From the NCBI GenBank assembly GCA_964016885.1, contig OZ024742.1, positions 360,964,001-361,028,000 of the forward strand: a stretch of 64,000 nt of DNA. The letters run 5' to 3'. Position numbers and translations under genes: made by a program. Origin of the DNA: Eledone cirrhosa (taxonomy: Eukaryota). Of this stretch, positions 14,031 through 28,072 are shown piece by piece; positions within the stretch are counted from its first letter, which is position 1; each line of letters begins with the position of its first letter. Below the pieces are notes generated by a model. That model saw nothing but the letters and a program-made list of their open reading frames with translations, was not told the origin of the DNA and did no database searches.

Positions 14031-14303
14031 GTATTCTATATTTGGTATGAACATAATGCCAGGTTTCTCAACCTAAATATTTATTCTAATATTCAAACAA
14101 TTTATGAGTGTTTTAATATGTTCTCCTCTGCTCCATTTCCTCAAACTCTCCATAAATTCTGTAGTAGAAACATCACACAAGATGAGGTAAATATGTATTG
14201 AATATCTGCAAATATCTGCAACTATTAAGAAAACAAAGACATATTTTATTTTCGTTTATTATTATCATGTATAACCCTTGCTAGCAGGGAAAACAGACGT
14301 TAA

Positions 14304-14335
<32 letters not shown>

Positions 14336-14991
14336 ATATTATATTTTTATATACTTAGCATGCTTGAGTAGATGTATCTATATTTATTATTATGAGGATT
14401 ACAAAGTTGTCAACTTGTGTGACATCTTGTATGTGTACAAATTCATCAAGGCAGAAATACACCTTTATATTTACATACACATGAATATAAACAGCCACTA
14501 CACAGACACACATATACACACATATATATATATTTATATAGCCATGGTCATCTGGTCTATCTTGTCTCACAATGGGATAATTCGTCTAGTCCATGCTAGC
14601 GTGGAAAAATGGACGTTAAACAGTACTGGTGATACAGACACACACACACATGTAAATATACACACACACACACATATACATACATACACACACACACATG
14701 CATGCATACATACATACACACATACATACATACACACACATACATACATACACACATACATACACACACACATACATACCTACACACACATATACATACA
14801 CATACACACATATACATACACATATACATACACACATACATACACACATACATACACACACACACATACATACATACATACACACATACATACATACATA
14901 CATACACACACACACACCTATATAAATATATAAAATAAAATGTTCAGAAAGTGTTTTCTAGTCAAAACTATTTCCAGACCTCTCTCTCTCT

Positions 14992-15099
<108 letters not shown>

Positions 15100-15181
15100 G
15101 TATGTAAGTTTAAATCTCTTTATATATTCATGACCCCATTTTGTTTATTTTACAGACGCAATATTTCTTTATTGGTGATAT

Positions 15182-15219
<38 letters not shown>

Positions 15220-15226
<7 letters not shown>

Positions 15227-15517
15227 ATACTTTGAGAGGGTCATGTTGCCAATAAGAAACACATGCACCAGTGCTTTCACTTCAATTTATTATAATAAAT
15301 TTATAAATTTAGGAATTTATAAATTTCCTGTTGGTTGGTTCCACAACCAGATGGTTGTTTATATATTGTCAAAGTTCTTTCGTCACACATTCTGTGCCCT
15401 CTTCAGTGACTGGGGGTTCTTTTCTTTGTTCTGTCCTACGCCATCTTGTTTTTTTTTTTTTTTTTTTTCAACACACGTTTTCAGATAAAGAACCTTGCTA
15501 AACAAATTCAGAAACGA
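15220..15517 (-). mobile_element. Family B PLE-type pLTR fragment joined head-to-head with its own tail
   Basis: 15220-15450 matches 62257-62520 and includes a hammerhead motif at ~15368-15410. 15468-15517 is the reverse complement of the tail at 62198-62250. Confidence 0.75.
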
Positions 15518-17829
15518 TATATATATATGTAAAAGGTAAACAGAAATAACAACACCATCAGTACAGTATATGGAAGGAATATATTAGGTTAACGCTTGAT
15601 ATAGCAGGAAGATGGTTCTAACGTTTTGGACGCTAGTCCTTCATCAGAAGAAAGAATTAGAAATAAGATAGACTGAGGGGACGGGTGGGTTGGAATTGGA
15701 AAAAATGTCTTTAGATAAAAACAACAGGTCCAACCACCGATATATATACCAATCTTGCCTCAAGTAGGACAATTCCCGTCTACACTGTAAACGTGGATGG
15801 TGTTAGGAAGGGCATCCAGCCGTAGAAAACCTGCCAGACAGGCCTATACGAGCGAGACATGGTCACCCGACCAATCTTGCCTCAAGCAGGACAATTCCCG
15901 TCTAAACCCATGCCAGCGTGGAAGATAGACGTTAAACGATGATGATGATTTTATCTATCTATCTATCTCTCTCTCTATATATATACCAATAAAGAAATAT
16001 TGCAGTAACAATATACTCTACTCTCAAATTGACAATTCAATGGAAGTTGGTCTCTAAAATAAACAACTTCTCTTCCCTCTTTTATCTCTATAAACTATAA
16101 CTTTCTTTCCTCATAAACACACCCAGGGGGGGCTCTTATTCCACTCCTCACGTATTCAATTTTTTTAAACTGTCTCCAGTGAAGCTTTTAGACGTTAAAA
16201 AACATTATACATTACTAGAAATCCCATATGTTATAAAATAAATAAGATGGGTTGGGGTCTCAATATGTAAACTAAACGACTAATTCTGGTTTTTAAAAAA
16301 ATCAACGGAAACAACCTAGAACAATTACCGGCCTTCCCCTCTATTATTAGGGACCCGAAAGTAGGTTGTATGCAACTTGTGGTGTTTCATGGGAGATAAC
16401 TTAACTGAAACAACTTCACACCAAAGAATGTATTTCTGGCTGAATCATTACAGGAAGGAGAGTGTCTCCAAGACTTCTTGGAGAGGTGGGATGGGGGACT
16501 ACACTACATTGGTTATCATATCAGAGTCTGGAAAAGACATTATTAGGGGGTCAGAGACGTGACAACCTTTCATTTACTGGGATTTCTAGTAATGTAGTAT
16601 TTTTTGTCATGTATAATGTTTTTACTGACTAAAGAAAATTAATTGTCGCAAGAATGCTACCACTTAAAATAATATTTTGCTGGAGATAGATTAGCAAAAT
16701 TTGATAATTGCGGGGTGGGGGTGATTATTCGAGACCCGAGAGTTTGTGAATGTTGATGTTTTTAATCATGATGAATTGTTCTACGGTTTAAGGCAGCAAA
16801 CTGTGAGAGTTGTTAGAACCGTTGGATTAAATATAGTTTGGGATTTCTTCTAGCTCTTCTTTAAGGTCATGTCCCGTCACGGTCAACTTTGTCATTCAGC
16901 CTTTCGAGGAAAGAAATTTTATTAATAAATATCATAAACAAATCTATTTCAAATAACAACACTACAGATATTTAGAAACGGAAAATGAAGGCAAGAGCAA
17001 GGACTCTGGAGTCACACAAGAATGAGAGGGGTAGGGGAGGGTGATGGGGATGCGCCCTGCTGATAAGACCGCCAAAACATTTCTGCGGACAATGGCAAGC
17101 GACACCCACTGCAACAGCCACCCCATCTGGCGGGACTTCTTCCTCTGACGAGTTGCTGATGTTGGAAAGAAAGTGGCTGTGTTCCGACGTAGAGAGAGGA
17201 TTGGCTCTGCCAAGTTTAAAATGCCCAAGTCGCCAAAGCCGTGTGTAAAGACGATGCTTTTTCACGGTTCCACAAGGTGTTAAGGGGCCTTCTATAAACT
17301 CTAATTTAATTGAACATATTGAAATTTATTTACAAATGTTATTGTTTGTCGTATTGCTAGGGTTACCTGCCCCTGACTATTGCACAGACTTAATATAATG
17401 GCTGGAATAATTTATTATTGAACAAAATATTATATATTGACGAGGTTGTAGGAAATATATTCGCTATAATCCTGATTACTCAATGACATGGTTTGAACGT
17501 ATATCGAGCAAACGACTTAGAAAACTAAGAAAATGAATATTTTTAAATGACTACGTTTTAGAGTTGTCTGCCCCTGGATAATTCATAGACTTCTAAATAT
17601 GTTTGGATTATTTGGAATATTCTTAATATATTTATATTATTATTAAATAAAATAACAAAAGAAGGACAATATTATTTATATAAAATTAAACCCATTAACC
17701 TCCCCAAGGAAAAAGTAATCGAAGATTAAAGAATTTGAATTCCGTCCACTTCGCACCAAAACATAAACAATTCATAGTTATCTCCCTTAGGCCAAAGATT
17801 TATTAACGTTTACACGTGTCATTTTATAA

Positions 17830-18005
17830 TAATTGTTTCTACGTTTGGCACAAGGCCAATCAATACCAGTGTATTACTGGTACTTTATTTTATCGACCCC
17901 GTAAAGTTAACCTCGGCGGGATTTGAACTCAAACCATAAAGGGGTGTAACTCTTTGCTGCAAAGCATGGCGTCCGACCCTCTACCGATACTGCCAATCCA
18001 CCGCC
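17830..18005 (-). mobile_element. SINE S1 copy (internally deleted)
   Basis: Reverse complement of the S1 head and body. Confidence 0.75.
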
Positions 18006-18089
18006 CTTATAATTATAATGAAAATTATTTGTACAGTGCTCAGGTGCACTACAACTCATCAAAAATCGGGAAAGTGAACTGTGTATGAT

Positions 18090-18136
<47 letters not shown>

Positions 18137-18138
18137 TT

Positions 18139-18338
18139 TATTTATTAAAATAACAGATTAAAGTTTAAGCAAAGAATCGCTGCTTTTAGAAGATCCCGTG
18201 AAGGGTGAAAGCAACGATTCTTTGCTTAAACTTTAATCTGTTATTTTAATAAATATTTGCTCTACGGTTCTTATATATTTGCTATATATTTTCCTTATCG
18301 AGCCCACTTTGGATTTTAGTCTTCAATTTTATTATTAT

Positions 18339-18342
<4 letters not shown>
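18139..18342 (+). mobile_element. Short fold-back element in (TA)n with 5'-truncated hammerhead
   Basis: Arms ~18139-18186 / ~18207-18255, tail to ~18342. Spacer and right arm read GAAGA t CCC gtgaa GGG t GAAA gcaa cgattct ttgc TT. Confidence 0.7.
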
Positions 18343-18399
<57 letters not shown>

Positions 18400-18403
<4 letters not shown>

Positions 18404-19511
18404 AAAGAATAGAGGTGTAACACACAAGTTATTATATATTGGTAAACGGAATAGAAAATGCTGACAAATTGTTCACGGTTGAAAAATGGTTTAATTAGGA
18501 ATAAAAGAGTATTAGTGATTGTATGGGTTAGTATTCAGTTGTGATTTTAAGTTTTTAAAACCACAACTGAATACTAACCCATACAATCACTAATACTCTT
18601 TTATTCCTAACTAGCAGTAAAGCCCGGCGTTGCTCGGGGTCGCTCAGTAGCTGTGTTAAAGTTACAATGTTAAGTTTCTTTCTTGGCTTAAAAACTGTAG
18701 TGTCTACTGTGCAGACTTGCATGTGGTGTTTTTTATTAATATTCCCCCAACCAACAATATGCCTTATGAAGTTAAGAAAACATAACGATAACCCGAATGT
18801 TATAACAAAAGAGGATGCTGGGGATAGAAACTGCACTGGTTATTTATTAACAAAGATCGAAAATGTAAACATTGCAACGCAGAGAAAAACATTAGCGTAA
18901 CCAAATTATCAGTTATGTCTGTCTGCACGACTGTCTGTCTGCACGCCTATATCACCTCTCTGCACGACTGTCTGTCTTCACGCCTATATCACCTCTCTGC
19001 ACGACTGTCTGTCTGCACGCGTATATCACCTCTCTGCACGACTGTCTGTCTGCACGCCTAACGACGAAATATTTGCTTGTTTTACGTAGACTTGTTTTCA
19101 AGTAAAAATATTGTTTTAAAATGCTTTTAAATGGAAATGAAGCAAAACGGAAGCTTAGTGTTCGAATGTTCGTGTATTGTGTTAATGTCATTTTAAACGC
19201 TGAGAAAGCCAGCGTAATTTTTTACGTAAGACGCTCAATGTAAACAGAACAAAGGGAAATAACTGATCACTTACGCTCAAAAATCGATACATTATATTCG
19301 ATTTCGTCACATAGGGTGGGTCAATTTGAAATTATTTTTTTTCCGATGTCTTCGCTAGGGCTCAATGTACAAGTATAGCAATTCCGTGAGAGATTCTAAG
19401 AGGAGATGTGTGCCAAAAATCGATAGACATACAGACAACCACAGTTTTATATATATAGATTAAACCATTTTTCAACTGTGAACAATTTGTCAACATTTTC
19501 TATTCCGTTTA

Positions 19512-19517
<6 letters not shown>
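18400..19517 (-). mobile_element. Fold-back element (family C) interrupted by a Helitron
   Basis: 18443-18547 is the reverse complement of 18557-18610 + 19460-19517. The unpaired tail is 18400-18442. The same sequence occurs uninterrupted at 31506-31616 and 40707-40817. Confidence 0.85.
18611..19459 (-). mobile_element. Non-autonomous Helitron
   Basis: Minus strand starts TCTATATATATAAA and ends hairpin cccgagcaacgccggg + ctttactgCTAG. Inserted between A and T without TSD: removal restores attcctaattaaacc as seen at 31551. Internal (CTGT)n-containing tandem repeat at 18917-19060. Confidence 0.88.
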
Positions 19518-19576
<59 letters not shown>

Positions 19577-19944
19577 CAATGATAGTGAGTAAGATCAAAG
19601 TTGCAGCTACGACTAGCATCTCTCGAAAGAACAATCCCCAGAAGCTTGCACGAGCACTCAATCAGATGATATCGATAAGTTAAATCTCAGAGTAATAGAC
19701 ATACGTTAAAGGTGTGACAAATTGAAAATTGCGATATATATATATATATGTTTGTATTTCAGACTTGACTATAAAATCAAATTATTTGGTGTTCTGTCCA
19801 TTAACTTTCCAATTGTCTGGGGTGGACTATAGCTGGTGAAACGAGCTCACTATCAGTTTTCTAGTCTCTATTGCTGTGGTCGTAACTAGTGGAACAGAAT
19901 GAACCCCACAGTCAGCTTCTCAACATCAATTATCATTACTATAA

Positions 19945-20465
19945 CGGTGGTAGAGTGACAGTATCGGTAGAGCGTTTGACACCCTGCTTGGTGGCACAGA
20001 ATTATGGCTCTTTACCTTCTGAGTTCAAATCCTGCTGAGGTTAGCTTTGCTTTTCATCCTTGCGGCGTTGATAAAGTACAATACCAGTAATGTACTGATT
20101 TCGATTTAATCGACCCTCCTCCCTAAAATAGAAACAATTATTATTACTGGATTGGCAGTGCGGACACCATGTTTACAACATAGAGTTACGGCCCTTTATG
20201 TTCTGTGTTCAAATCCAGTCGAGGTTATCTTTGCGTTTCATCCTTACGGGGTCGATAAAATAAAGTACCAGTAATATACTGGGATTATTGCTGGCCTTGT
20301 GCCAAAAGTAGAAACAATTACTATTACTTCCATCTCCTTTACGTTCTGAGTTCAAATCCCACCGAAGTCGACTTCCATTCGTCCGGGGGTCAATATACTT
20401 ATCTTCTTCCTCCCACTCCTCAAATTGCTGGTCTTGTGCTTAAATTAGAAACCTACTATTAATAA
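19945..20465 (+). mobile_element. Cluster of three SINE S1-type copies
   Basis: Three gttcaaatcc B-box/body units at ~20020, ~20205 and ~20348. Confidence 0.7.
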
Positions 20466-20607
20466 TTACCATTTAGCGACTGCGCCCGAGAAATGAATGA
20501 ACGACGTCAATTCTCATTCTCCACATTCATCTTTACCTCGAGATGAGGAACTGAAAAAAAAAAGATATTTGTTTTGTTTGTTGTTGTTTATTAATAATCG
20601 TTAGAGC

Positions 20608-20933
20608 GTCGTAATGAACGAGGTTTGTGCTGTGGCCACGTCTGTCGTAATGAACGAGGTTTGTGTTGTGGCCACGTCTGTCGTAATGAACGAGATTTGT
20701 GTTGTGGCCACGTCTGTCGTAATGAACGAGGTTTGTGTTGTGGCCACGTCTGTCGTAATGAACGAGATTTGTGTTGTGGCCACGTCTGTCGTAATGAACG
20801 AGATTTGTGTTGTGGCCACGTCTGTCGTAATGAACGAGATCTGTGTTGTGGCCACGTCTGTCGTAATGAACGAGATCTGTGTTGTGGCCACGTCTGTCGT
20901 AATGAACGAGATCTGTGTTGTGGCCACGTCTGC
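20608..20933 (+). repeat. 36-bp minisatellite, ~9 copies
   Basis: Unit tctgtcgtaatgaacgagatttgtgttgtggccacg. Confidence 0.95.
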
Positions 20934-21368
20934 CAGGATTGCTTTTCATCATTCTGGCTTTGGTAAAATATAAAACAATGTTTCCATGACTTTCGGAAAC
21001 ATTTTTTTCACGCTCAGAGTTGCTGGAAGAAACTACCTGTTTGTTGTCGGGACTTCCATGCTTCCCCAAATTCGTTAACACTACACCTGATATCTCATCT
21101 CCATACACATGCACACACTTATCAGTGTATATCATGACTCATACACTGTTCACTTTCCTGACATTTGTACATTATTCTATGTACTATACATGCACATTTG
21201 ATGAGTTGTAGTACACCTGAGCACTGTACATAATAATTTTTATTATTATTATCATTATATTTATATAAAGTACCAGCTTAATATTCTTATATGACCTCGT
21301 AGCTGTGAATGGGATTATAATGGAAATAAAACCTAACATTGTTCAGATTTTAGAAATGTCTTTATATA

Positions 21369-21582
21369 ACCTAGTGGTAAGGGTGTTGAGCTTACGATCA
21401 CAATGTCGCGGGTTCGATTCCTGTGTAATTGAGGGAAATACTTCATTACACGTTGCTCCAGTATACTCATCTGAAAATAGGTACCAACAATAGCTGGGTG
21501 TTTAACCCTGCGATGGACTGGTGTCCTTTCCAGGGGAAGTGTTGTACTCTCAGTCGCTATGAAACCGGGTTTGAGACAGACT
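21369..21582 (+). mobile_element. tRNA-derived SINE (second family)
   Basis: cctagtggtaagggtgttg...ggttcgattcc boxes and body aaccctgcgatggactgg. Related pieces at 22180-22595. Confidence 0.6.
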
Positions 21583-21679
21583 GTAGACATTTTTTTATTT
21601 CACACTCCCAACAACTGGGGTGAGGGTATGACGGGGGTTATTCAATGTTTGTTATTACCACATTGGTTATTTAGTCTCA

Positions 21680-21980
21680 ATGGCCGAGTGGTCAAGGAGT
21701 TGGATTTGTCATCATTAGGTCTTGAGTTCGATCTCATGGCCTGACACCTTGGGCAAGTCTCATTTACCACAACCTCGGGTCGACTCGTACATTATGAGTG
21801 GAATTGGCTGAACGGAAACTGTTTGGAAGCCCGTCGGGTGGACTGTGCTTTAATTTAAAGGTCCAGACTGAATCTTCCTGCGAATTACTACGTTAAGAAT
21901 CGTATACATTAGTTTCATGAGTAGGCAGTTCCGTTGATCAAACAACTGGATCAGTCGTCGTCGAAACTGACAGAGATCCA
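21680..21980 (+). mobile_element. tRNA-derived SINE (third family)
   Basis: tggccgagtggtcaagg A-box, gagttcgatctc B-box, ccttgggcaagt. A second copy with the same upstream flank lies at ~24990-25140. Confidence 0.6.
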
Positions 21981-23011
21981 TTGACTATGTAATTAAAACG
22001 TCGTCTTTATATACTACGTAAATAAAGTGGAAAACAGTCTGGCCGTGTCTGTCTCACTGTCAGTCTGACTGACTGTCTCTTTGTCAGTCAGTCAGTCAGT
22101 CAGTCTGTCTGTCTGTCTGTCATATCCCCAGTCCACCCAATATAAGTGATATAACTTACTTCAACGAAGAATCGAAGTGGTTAGTGTGTTGGACTAGATG
22201 TGGCCTTGTATTTCATGTTGCATCAGTAAATTCAGCTGAAAAATGAGCACCAGTTGTAGTTGAGGGTTAACTCTGCGATGGACTGGCGTCATGTCCAGAG
22301 AGAGTCTTGTACTGTCAGTCACTTAACGTCGATGGAAGCTGGATAAGTACCGGTCTGATGAATCTCCGGGCTTATCATGACCAGCGGAGAAGTTTTATAC
22401 TCTCAGTCACTTCACACCACAGAATCCGGGATAAGCAACGACCTGAAGAGCCTCCGGGTTTGAGACAGACTTTAACCCTGCAATACACAGGCGTCTTATC
22501 CAGCAGGGAAGTCTTGTACTCTCAGTCACTTAACGTCGATGAAACCGGGATATGACACTGGCCTGTTGAACCTCTGGACTTGAGACAGACTTTGAATTTA
22601 GTTTTTTAAGAATCAAAATCGACTCGCGTAGTTTTCTTGTAATTTGAATATGATATTTGTAAGGAACGGATCTCCGTTGCTTTCGACAATGAGTACTCTA
22701 GATGTTCGATCAACGGAACGGCCTGCTTCTGGAATTAGCCTATAAGTGTCTGAGCATTCCACAGACTCGTATATCTTGAACGTAACTCTCAGGGAGATTC
22801 AGTGTATATCATAGAAAACCATTTGAATTACAGGTACAGTCCATCTGACGGGTTTCCAAACAGTTTCAATCTACCAAATTTCACTCACAGGGCGTACATT
22901 AAACCCTAAGTTATGGTAAATAACACTTAAGATAACAAGCAGTGGAATAGAACCTGGGACCAAACGATTGCCAAGCTAACTTCTTAACCATTCGGCTATA
23001 CTCTGTTCTAA

Positions 23012-23170
23012 AATTATTGTTTCTACTTTTGGCACAAGGCCAGCAATTATCACAGTGTATTACTGGTACTTTATTTTATCGACCACGTAAGGATTTGAAC
23101 TTTGACCATAAAGGGCCGTAACTCTTTGAATGGCGTCTGACGTTCTACCGATACTGGCAATCAACCGCAC
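23012..23170 (-). mobile_element. SINE S1 copy (deleted)
   Basis: Reverse complement of S1, flanked by the direct repeat actctgttctaaaattat (likely TSD). Confidence 0.7.
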
Positions 23171-26100
23171 TCTGTTCTAAAATTATCAACTTCTACTCTT
23201 TACCCGTGTTCTTTATAATCCAACGTGGGGCCCATCTGTGATTTAGTGAAGGGTTATAAAGTAAATAAGGTTTTATTTAAAATGTGGTGGAGTTTTCGGC
23301 CGTTGAAGAACCAGGAGAAGCGGTATGTCAGTTAGAAGAGCGGTCTTTGGGGGACTTCTTCACTCTCTCTGTCACCTGGGAAACGGATCTGTTTTGCTGA
23401 GAAAATGGAATAAACGTCAGACTTTCACACACCACACACATACACCACACCTCACACATACACCACACCTCACACATACATTGCCACAACCGCATACATA
23501 CACCACACCTCACACATACACCACACCTCACACATACATTGCCACAACCGCATACATACACCACACCTCACACATACACCACACCTCACACATACATTGC
23601 CACAACCGCATACATACACCACACCTCACACATACACCACACCTCACACATACATTGCCACAACCGCATACATACACCACACCTCACACATACATTGCCA
23701 CAACCGCATACATACACCACACCTCACACACACATTGCCACAAACGCATACATACACTACACCACACGCATACATGCCACAGATGTATACATACACCGCA
23801 CCACACACATACATTGCCACAAACGCATACACACGCACACACACGTACAATTCTATGCAAACACCCATACATTCACACATGTATACAAACAAGCACACAC
23901 ACACACATTGATGCAAACACACATACACAGAGAGGATATGTATTCGTGCGCATACACATACAATCCTATGTAAGCACACACACACACATTTCAATAAAAA
24001 ATACACATGAATGCAAACACATCCATCCACACATATATGCATACAAGCCCGTACTTATATGCACGTACAAACATACATATATATATACATGCACGTACAA
24101 ACATACATATATATATACATGCAAGTACAAACATACATATATATATACATGCACGTACATACATATATACATATATATATATACATGCACGTACAAACAT
24201 ACATATATACATGCACATACATACATACATATATACATGCACGTACATACATACATATATACATGCACGTACATACATACATACACGTACACACAAAGGT
24301 ACTGTTATTTCAGAGTATCAGAGAAAGCTGTATATTGTGCAATATTTTACATGTTTAAATAACGATGATGATGATGATGATGGTAATAATAATTATTATT
24401 GTTATTATTATTATAAATGCAAATAATATATATATAATAAAACAACCTCCGAAATGAAGAGGCCAAAGTTCAATTAATCTTCTTTGTTATCTCCCCCTTT
24501 TTTTAATGAAATATTGAGTTTTTATAGCGTTACTCGATAGTGTATAGTTCGGAGATGAGAGAGTGACTCCAGCTAGAGCAACTACTTCTACAAATTGAGA
24601 GACCACAGCTCTGATACTATGGACATGTGGTCAGAATGTCTCAGGAAAGAATCGCTGGACAGATTTTACGGGTAAAACCAACTGGCAGGTGACCCAGGAG
24701 TAGCCCCGAGCAAGATGGTTGGAGAAAATCTATGATATTGACTGGTTTTGCGTGGGGATCCATCTAGACCAGCTGGAGACAGTTGCTTCTGACAGGACCT
24801 GTAGGAAGGAGCGTTTGATGACTCTGCCCTCACGACCCTCTCAGGAATATGTAGGCTAAGAAGAAATGGCTGAATGGTTAGGAAGATCGTTTCGTAATCA
24901 ATATGTCCCGCATTCGATCTCACAGTGTGGCATGTTGGGCAAGTATTACCCTAAGCCCAAGTAAAACTGGATCTATCAGTGATTCTTTCAACCACATTGG
25001 TCATTTAGTCTCCATGGCCGAGTGGTCAAGGAGTTGGCTTTGCAATCATTAGGTCCCAAGTTCGATCTCACTGCGTGACATCTTGGGCAAGTCTCGGATT
25101 GACCCTTACATTGTAAGTGAGACTGGCTATACAGAAACGTCAGATGGACTGTACCTTAATTTAAAGGGTCAGTTGGAGGTGGTTGCTTCTGACAAGACCC
25201 GTTGGAATAAGTGGGCGAAGAAGAAGGAGATTGAGTCTTCCTGAGAAGTACATGTGACTGTAGAATTCTTAGTCACACGTTAATTTCATGAGTAAGCTGT
25301 TGTTCCAGTGATGGAATAACTGGGAGACCCATCTTCGAAACCGACGATGGTCCATTCTATAGACATATTCTCCATTTGTGAATCGGCCCCGCTTCTCATA
25401 TGTTGGTCACATCTACATTGAAAATACGGAAGGGTGTACAGTCGCAGGCAAGTCTGCGTGGTTAAGGAATTCACTTCACAATCACGGGATCTAGCATCAC
25501 TCTTTCATAGGCTGACCAAGATACTGTCATGTAATGACCAAATGAGGTTTATTTTTCAACATAGTCTCCAGACAGAAACAATGCAGTTATTAATAAAAAG
25601 AGTGGAAATTAAGGCATGCAAGATTTCACAGCTCTAGTATCAATCCTTGATGAACTTTTCAGTCGACCCTCTTAAGATCAAAATTTATTAAATTTTTTTC
25701 CTGTTCTCGCTTCAGTGAATCATTTCTAGTTGAATTCAATTAATGTCAATGTTTAACTCACTTTCCTGTAATTATTTAGATATTTTTACATATATATGGA
25801 CCCGTAAGGTGAGATGCAGTCGGAGAAGTGCCATAGTCTTGAACATTTGAAATCTAGCAGAGTCCATCCCTCTTCAGGTCTGAACACGGCCGATTTTTTT
25901 TCAGGGGGGGGATATTGAGGAAGAATTGACCCCAGTAATAGACAAGTATTTTTTTTTTACTTCGAGAGGATGAAAGGTAAAGTTGACATCGGCGAGATTT
26001 GAACTCAAAGTGCAGAAAACCAGAATTAATATTGCAAATAATTCTAGCTGACACTCTAACGACTCTGTCACATTCGCTGCCTTTTTTTATAGATATATAT

Positions 26101-26317
26101 AGAAAATTGAACATTAAACAACAATAGAAAAGCTATGTAGTCCAAACCTAACGATATGAGCTTAATTATTAAAATTGTCAACATGGAAACTCTGAAGACA
26201 GCCCCAAGAGAAATTTGTCGAACAATTCCATGTCAAAGCCTCGTTGATTCCACACAGAATCACAAGACGACAAAAAAAAAAGGATTATTAGATGTATACA
26301 ACTGAACAGAAACATTA

Positions 26318-26506
26318 ATAACCGTTTCTACTTTTGGCACAAGGCCAGCAATTATCCGAGTGTATTACTGGTACTTTATTTTATCGAGCCTGTAAGGATG
26401 AAAGGCAAAGTTAATCTCGGCGGGATTTGAACTCAGACGATATACGGCCGTAACTCTTTGCTGTAAACCATGGCGTCAGACCCTCTACCGATACTGCCAA
26501 TCCACC
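26318..26506 (-). mobile_element. SINE S1 copy
   Basis: Reverse complement of S1, flanked by gaaaca(t/c)taataac direct repeats. Confidence 0.78.
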
Positions 26507-26789
26507 GAAACACTAATAACGTAACTTTCAAGAATATCGAGAAAACTTTAAAAGAAGAGAACGAAGAAGGAATATCTATTACTAAAAGTTTCTTCGTTTA
26601 TTATACAAAATTGCAAAACAATCAGAATTACAATGTAAATATTATTTATATTATAAAGACGTCTTGTGTAAAACACAACTAATAGCATGTTCAGACGTTG
26701 AAGCGGATATAAGAAATAAAATAACGTTTATACTTAATATTAGAAATAACTGAACATATTGGAAAATAAACAGGCACGTTAAACAGAAG

Positions 26790-27872
26790 GATAGACTATA
26801 ACAACAGAGAGATATACTATAACAACAGAGATACACTATAACAACAGAGAGATATACTATAACAACAGAGATACAGTATAACAACAGAGGGATACACTAT
26901 AACAACAGAGGGATACACTATAACAACAGAGGGATACACTATAACAACAGAGATACAGTATAACAACAGAGGATACTATAAGAACAGAGGGATAGACTAT
27001 AACAACAGAGAGATATACTATTAGAACACTAAAAAAACAGAGAGATATACTATAACAACAGAGGGAAACACTATAACAACAGAGGGATACCGTATAACAA
27101 CAGAGGGATACACTATAACAACAGAGGGATACAGTATAACAACAGAGGGATACAGTATAACAACAGAGGGTTACACTATAGCAACAGAGGGATACACTAT
27201 AACAACAGAGGGATACAGTATAACAACAGAGGGATACACTATAACAACAGAGAGATACACTATAACAACAGAGGGATACACTATAACAACAGAGAGATAC
27301 ACTATAACAACAGAGGGATACAGTATAACAACAGAGGGATACAGTATAACACCAGAGGGATACAGTATAACAACAGAGGGATACACTAAAACAACAGAGG
27401 GATACAGTATAACAACAGAGGGATACAGTATAACAACAGAGGGATACACTATAACACCAGAGGGATACCGTATAACAACAGAGGGATACAGTATAACAAC
27501 AGAGGGATACAGTATAACAACAGAGGGATACACTATAACAACAGAGGGATACAGTATAACAACAGAGGGATACAGTATAACAACAGAGGGATACACTATA
27601 ACAACAGAGGGATACAGTATAACAACAGAGGGATACAGTATAACAACAGAGGGATACACTATAACAACAGAGAGATACTATAACAACAGAGGGATACACT
27701 ATAACAACAGAGGGATACACTATAATAACAGAGGGATACAATATAACAACAGAGGGATACAGTATAACAACAGAGAGATACAGTATAAGAACAGAGAGAT
27801 ATACTATAACAACAGAGAGATACACTATAACAACAGATGGATACACTATAACAACAGAGGGATACCGTATAA
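26790..27872 (+). repeat. 21-bp minisatellite running into the assembly gap
   Basis: Unit gataca(c/g)tataacaacagagg, ~50 copies visible. Confidence 0.95.
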
Positions 27873-28072
27873 NNNNNNNNNNNNNNNNNNNNNNNNNNNN
27901 NNNNNNNNNNNNNNNNNNNNNNNNNNNNNNNNNNNNNNNNNNNNNNNNNNNNNNNNNNNNNNNNNNNNNNNNNNNNNNNNNNNNNNNNNNNNNNNNNNNN
28001 NNNNNNNNNNNNNNNNNNNNNNNNNNNNNNNNNNNNNNNNNNNNNNNNNNNNNNNNNNNNNNNNNNNNNNNN
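27873..28072. other. Assembly gap (200 N)
   Basis: Run of N. Confidence 1.

Noticed and set aside
16962-17290. GC-richer unique stretch as a coding exon
   Set aside because: No long frame with convincing splice sites or a recognisable product; may be UTR or a decayed sequence.
20608-20933. 36-bp repeat as a CRISPR array
   Set aside because: Units are directly adjacent with no unique spacers, there are no cas genes, and the context is eukaryotic.
21680-21745. tRNA gene
   Set aside because: A/B boxes are present, but there is no full cloverleaf and it continues into a SINE body; treated as a SINE head.
26185-26230. CTGAAGA...GAA as another hammerhead
   Set aside because: No GAAA box and no consistent stems I/III.
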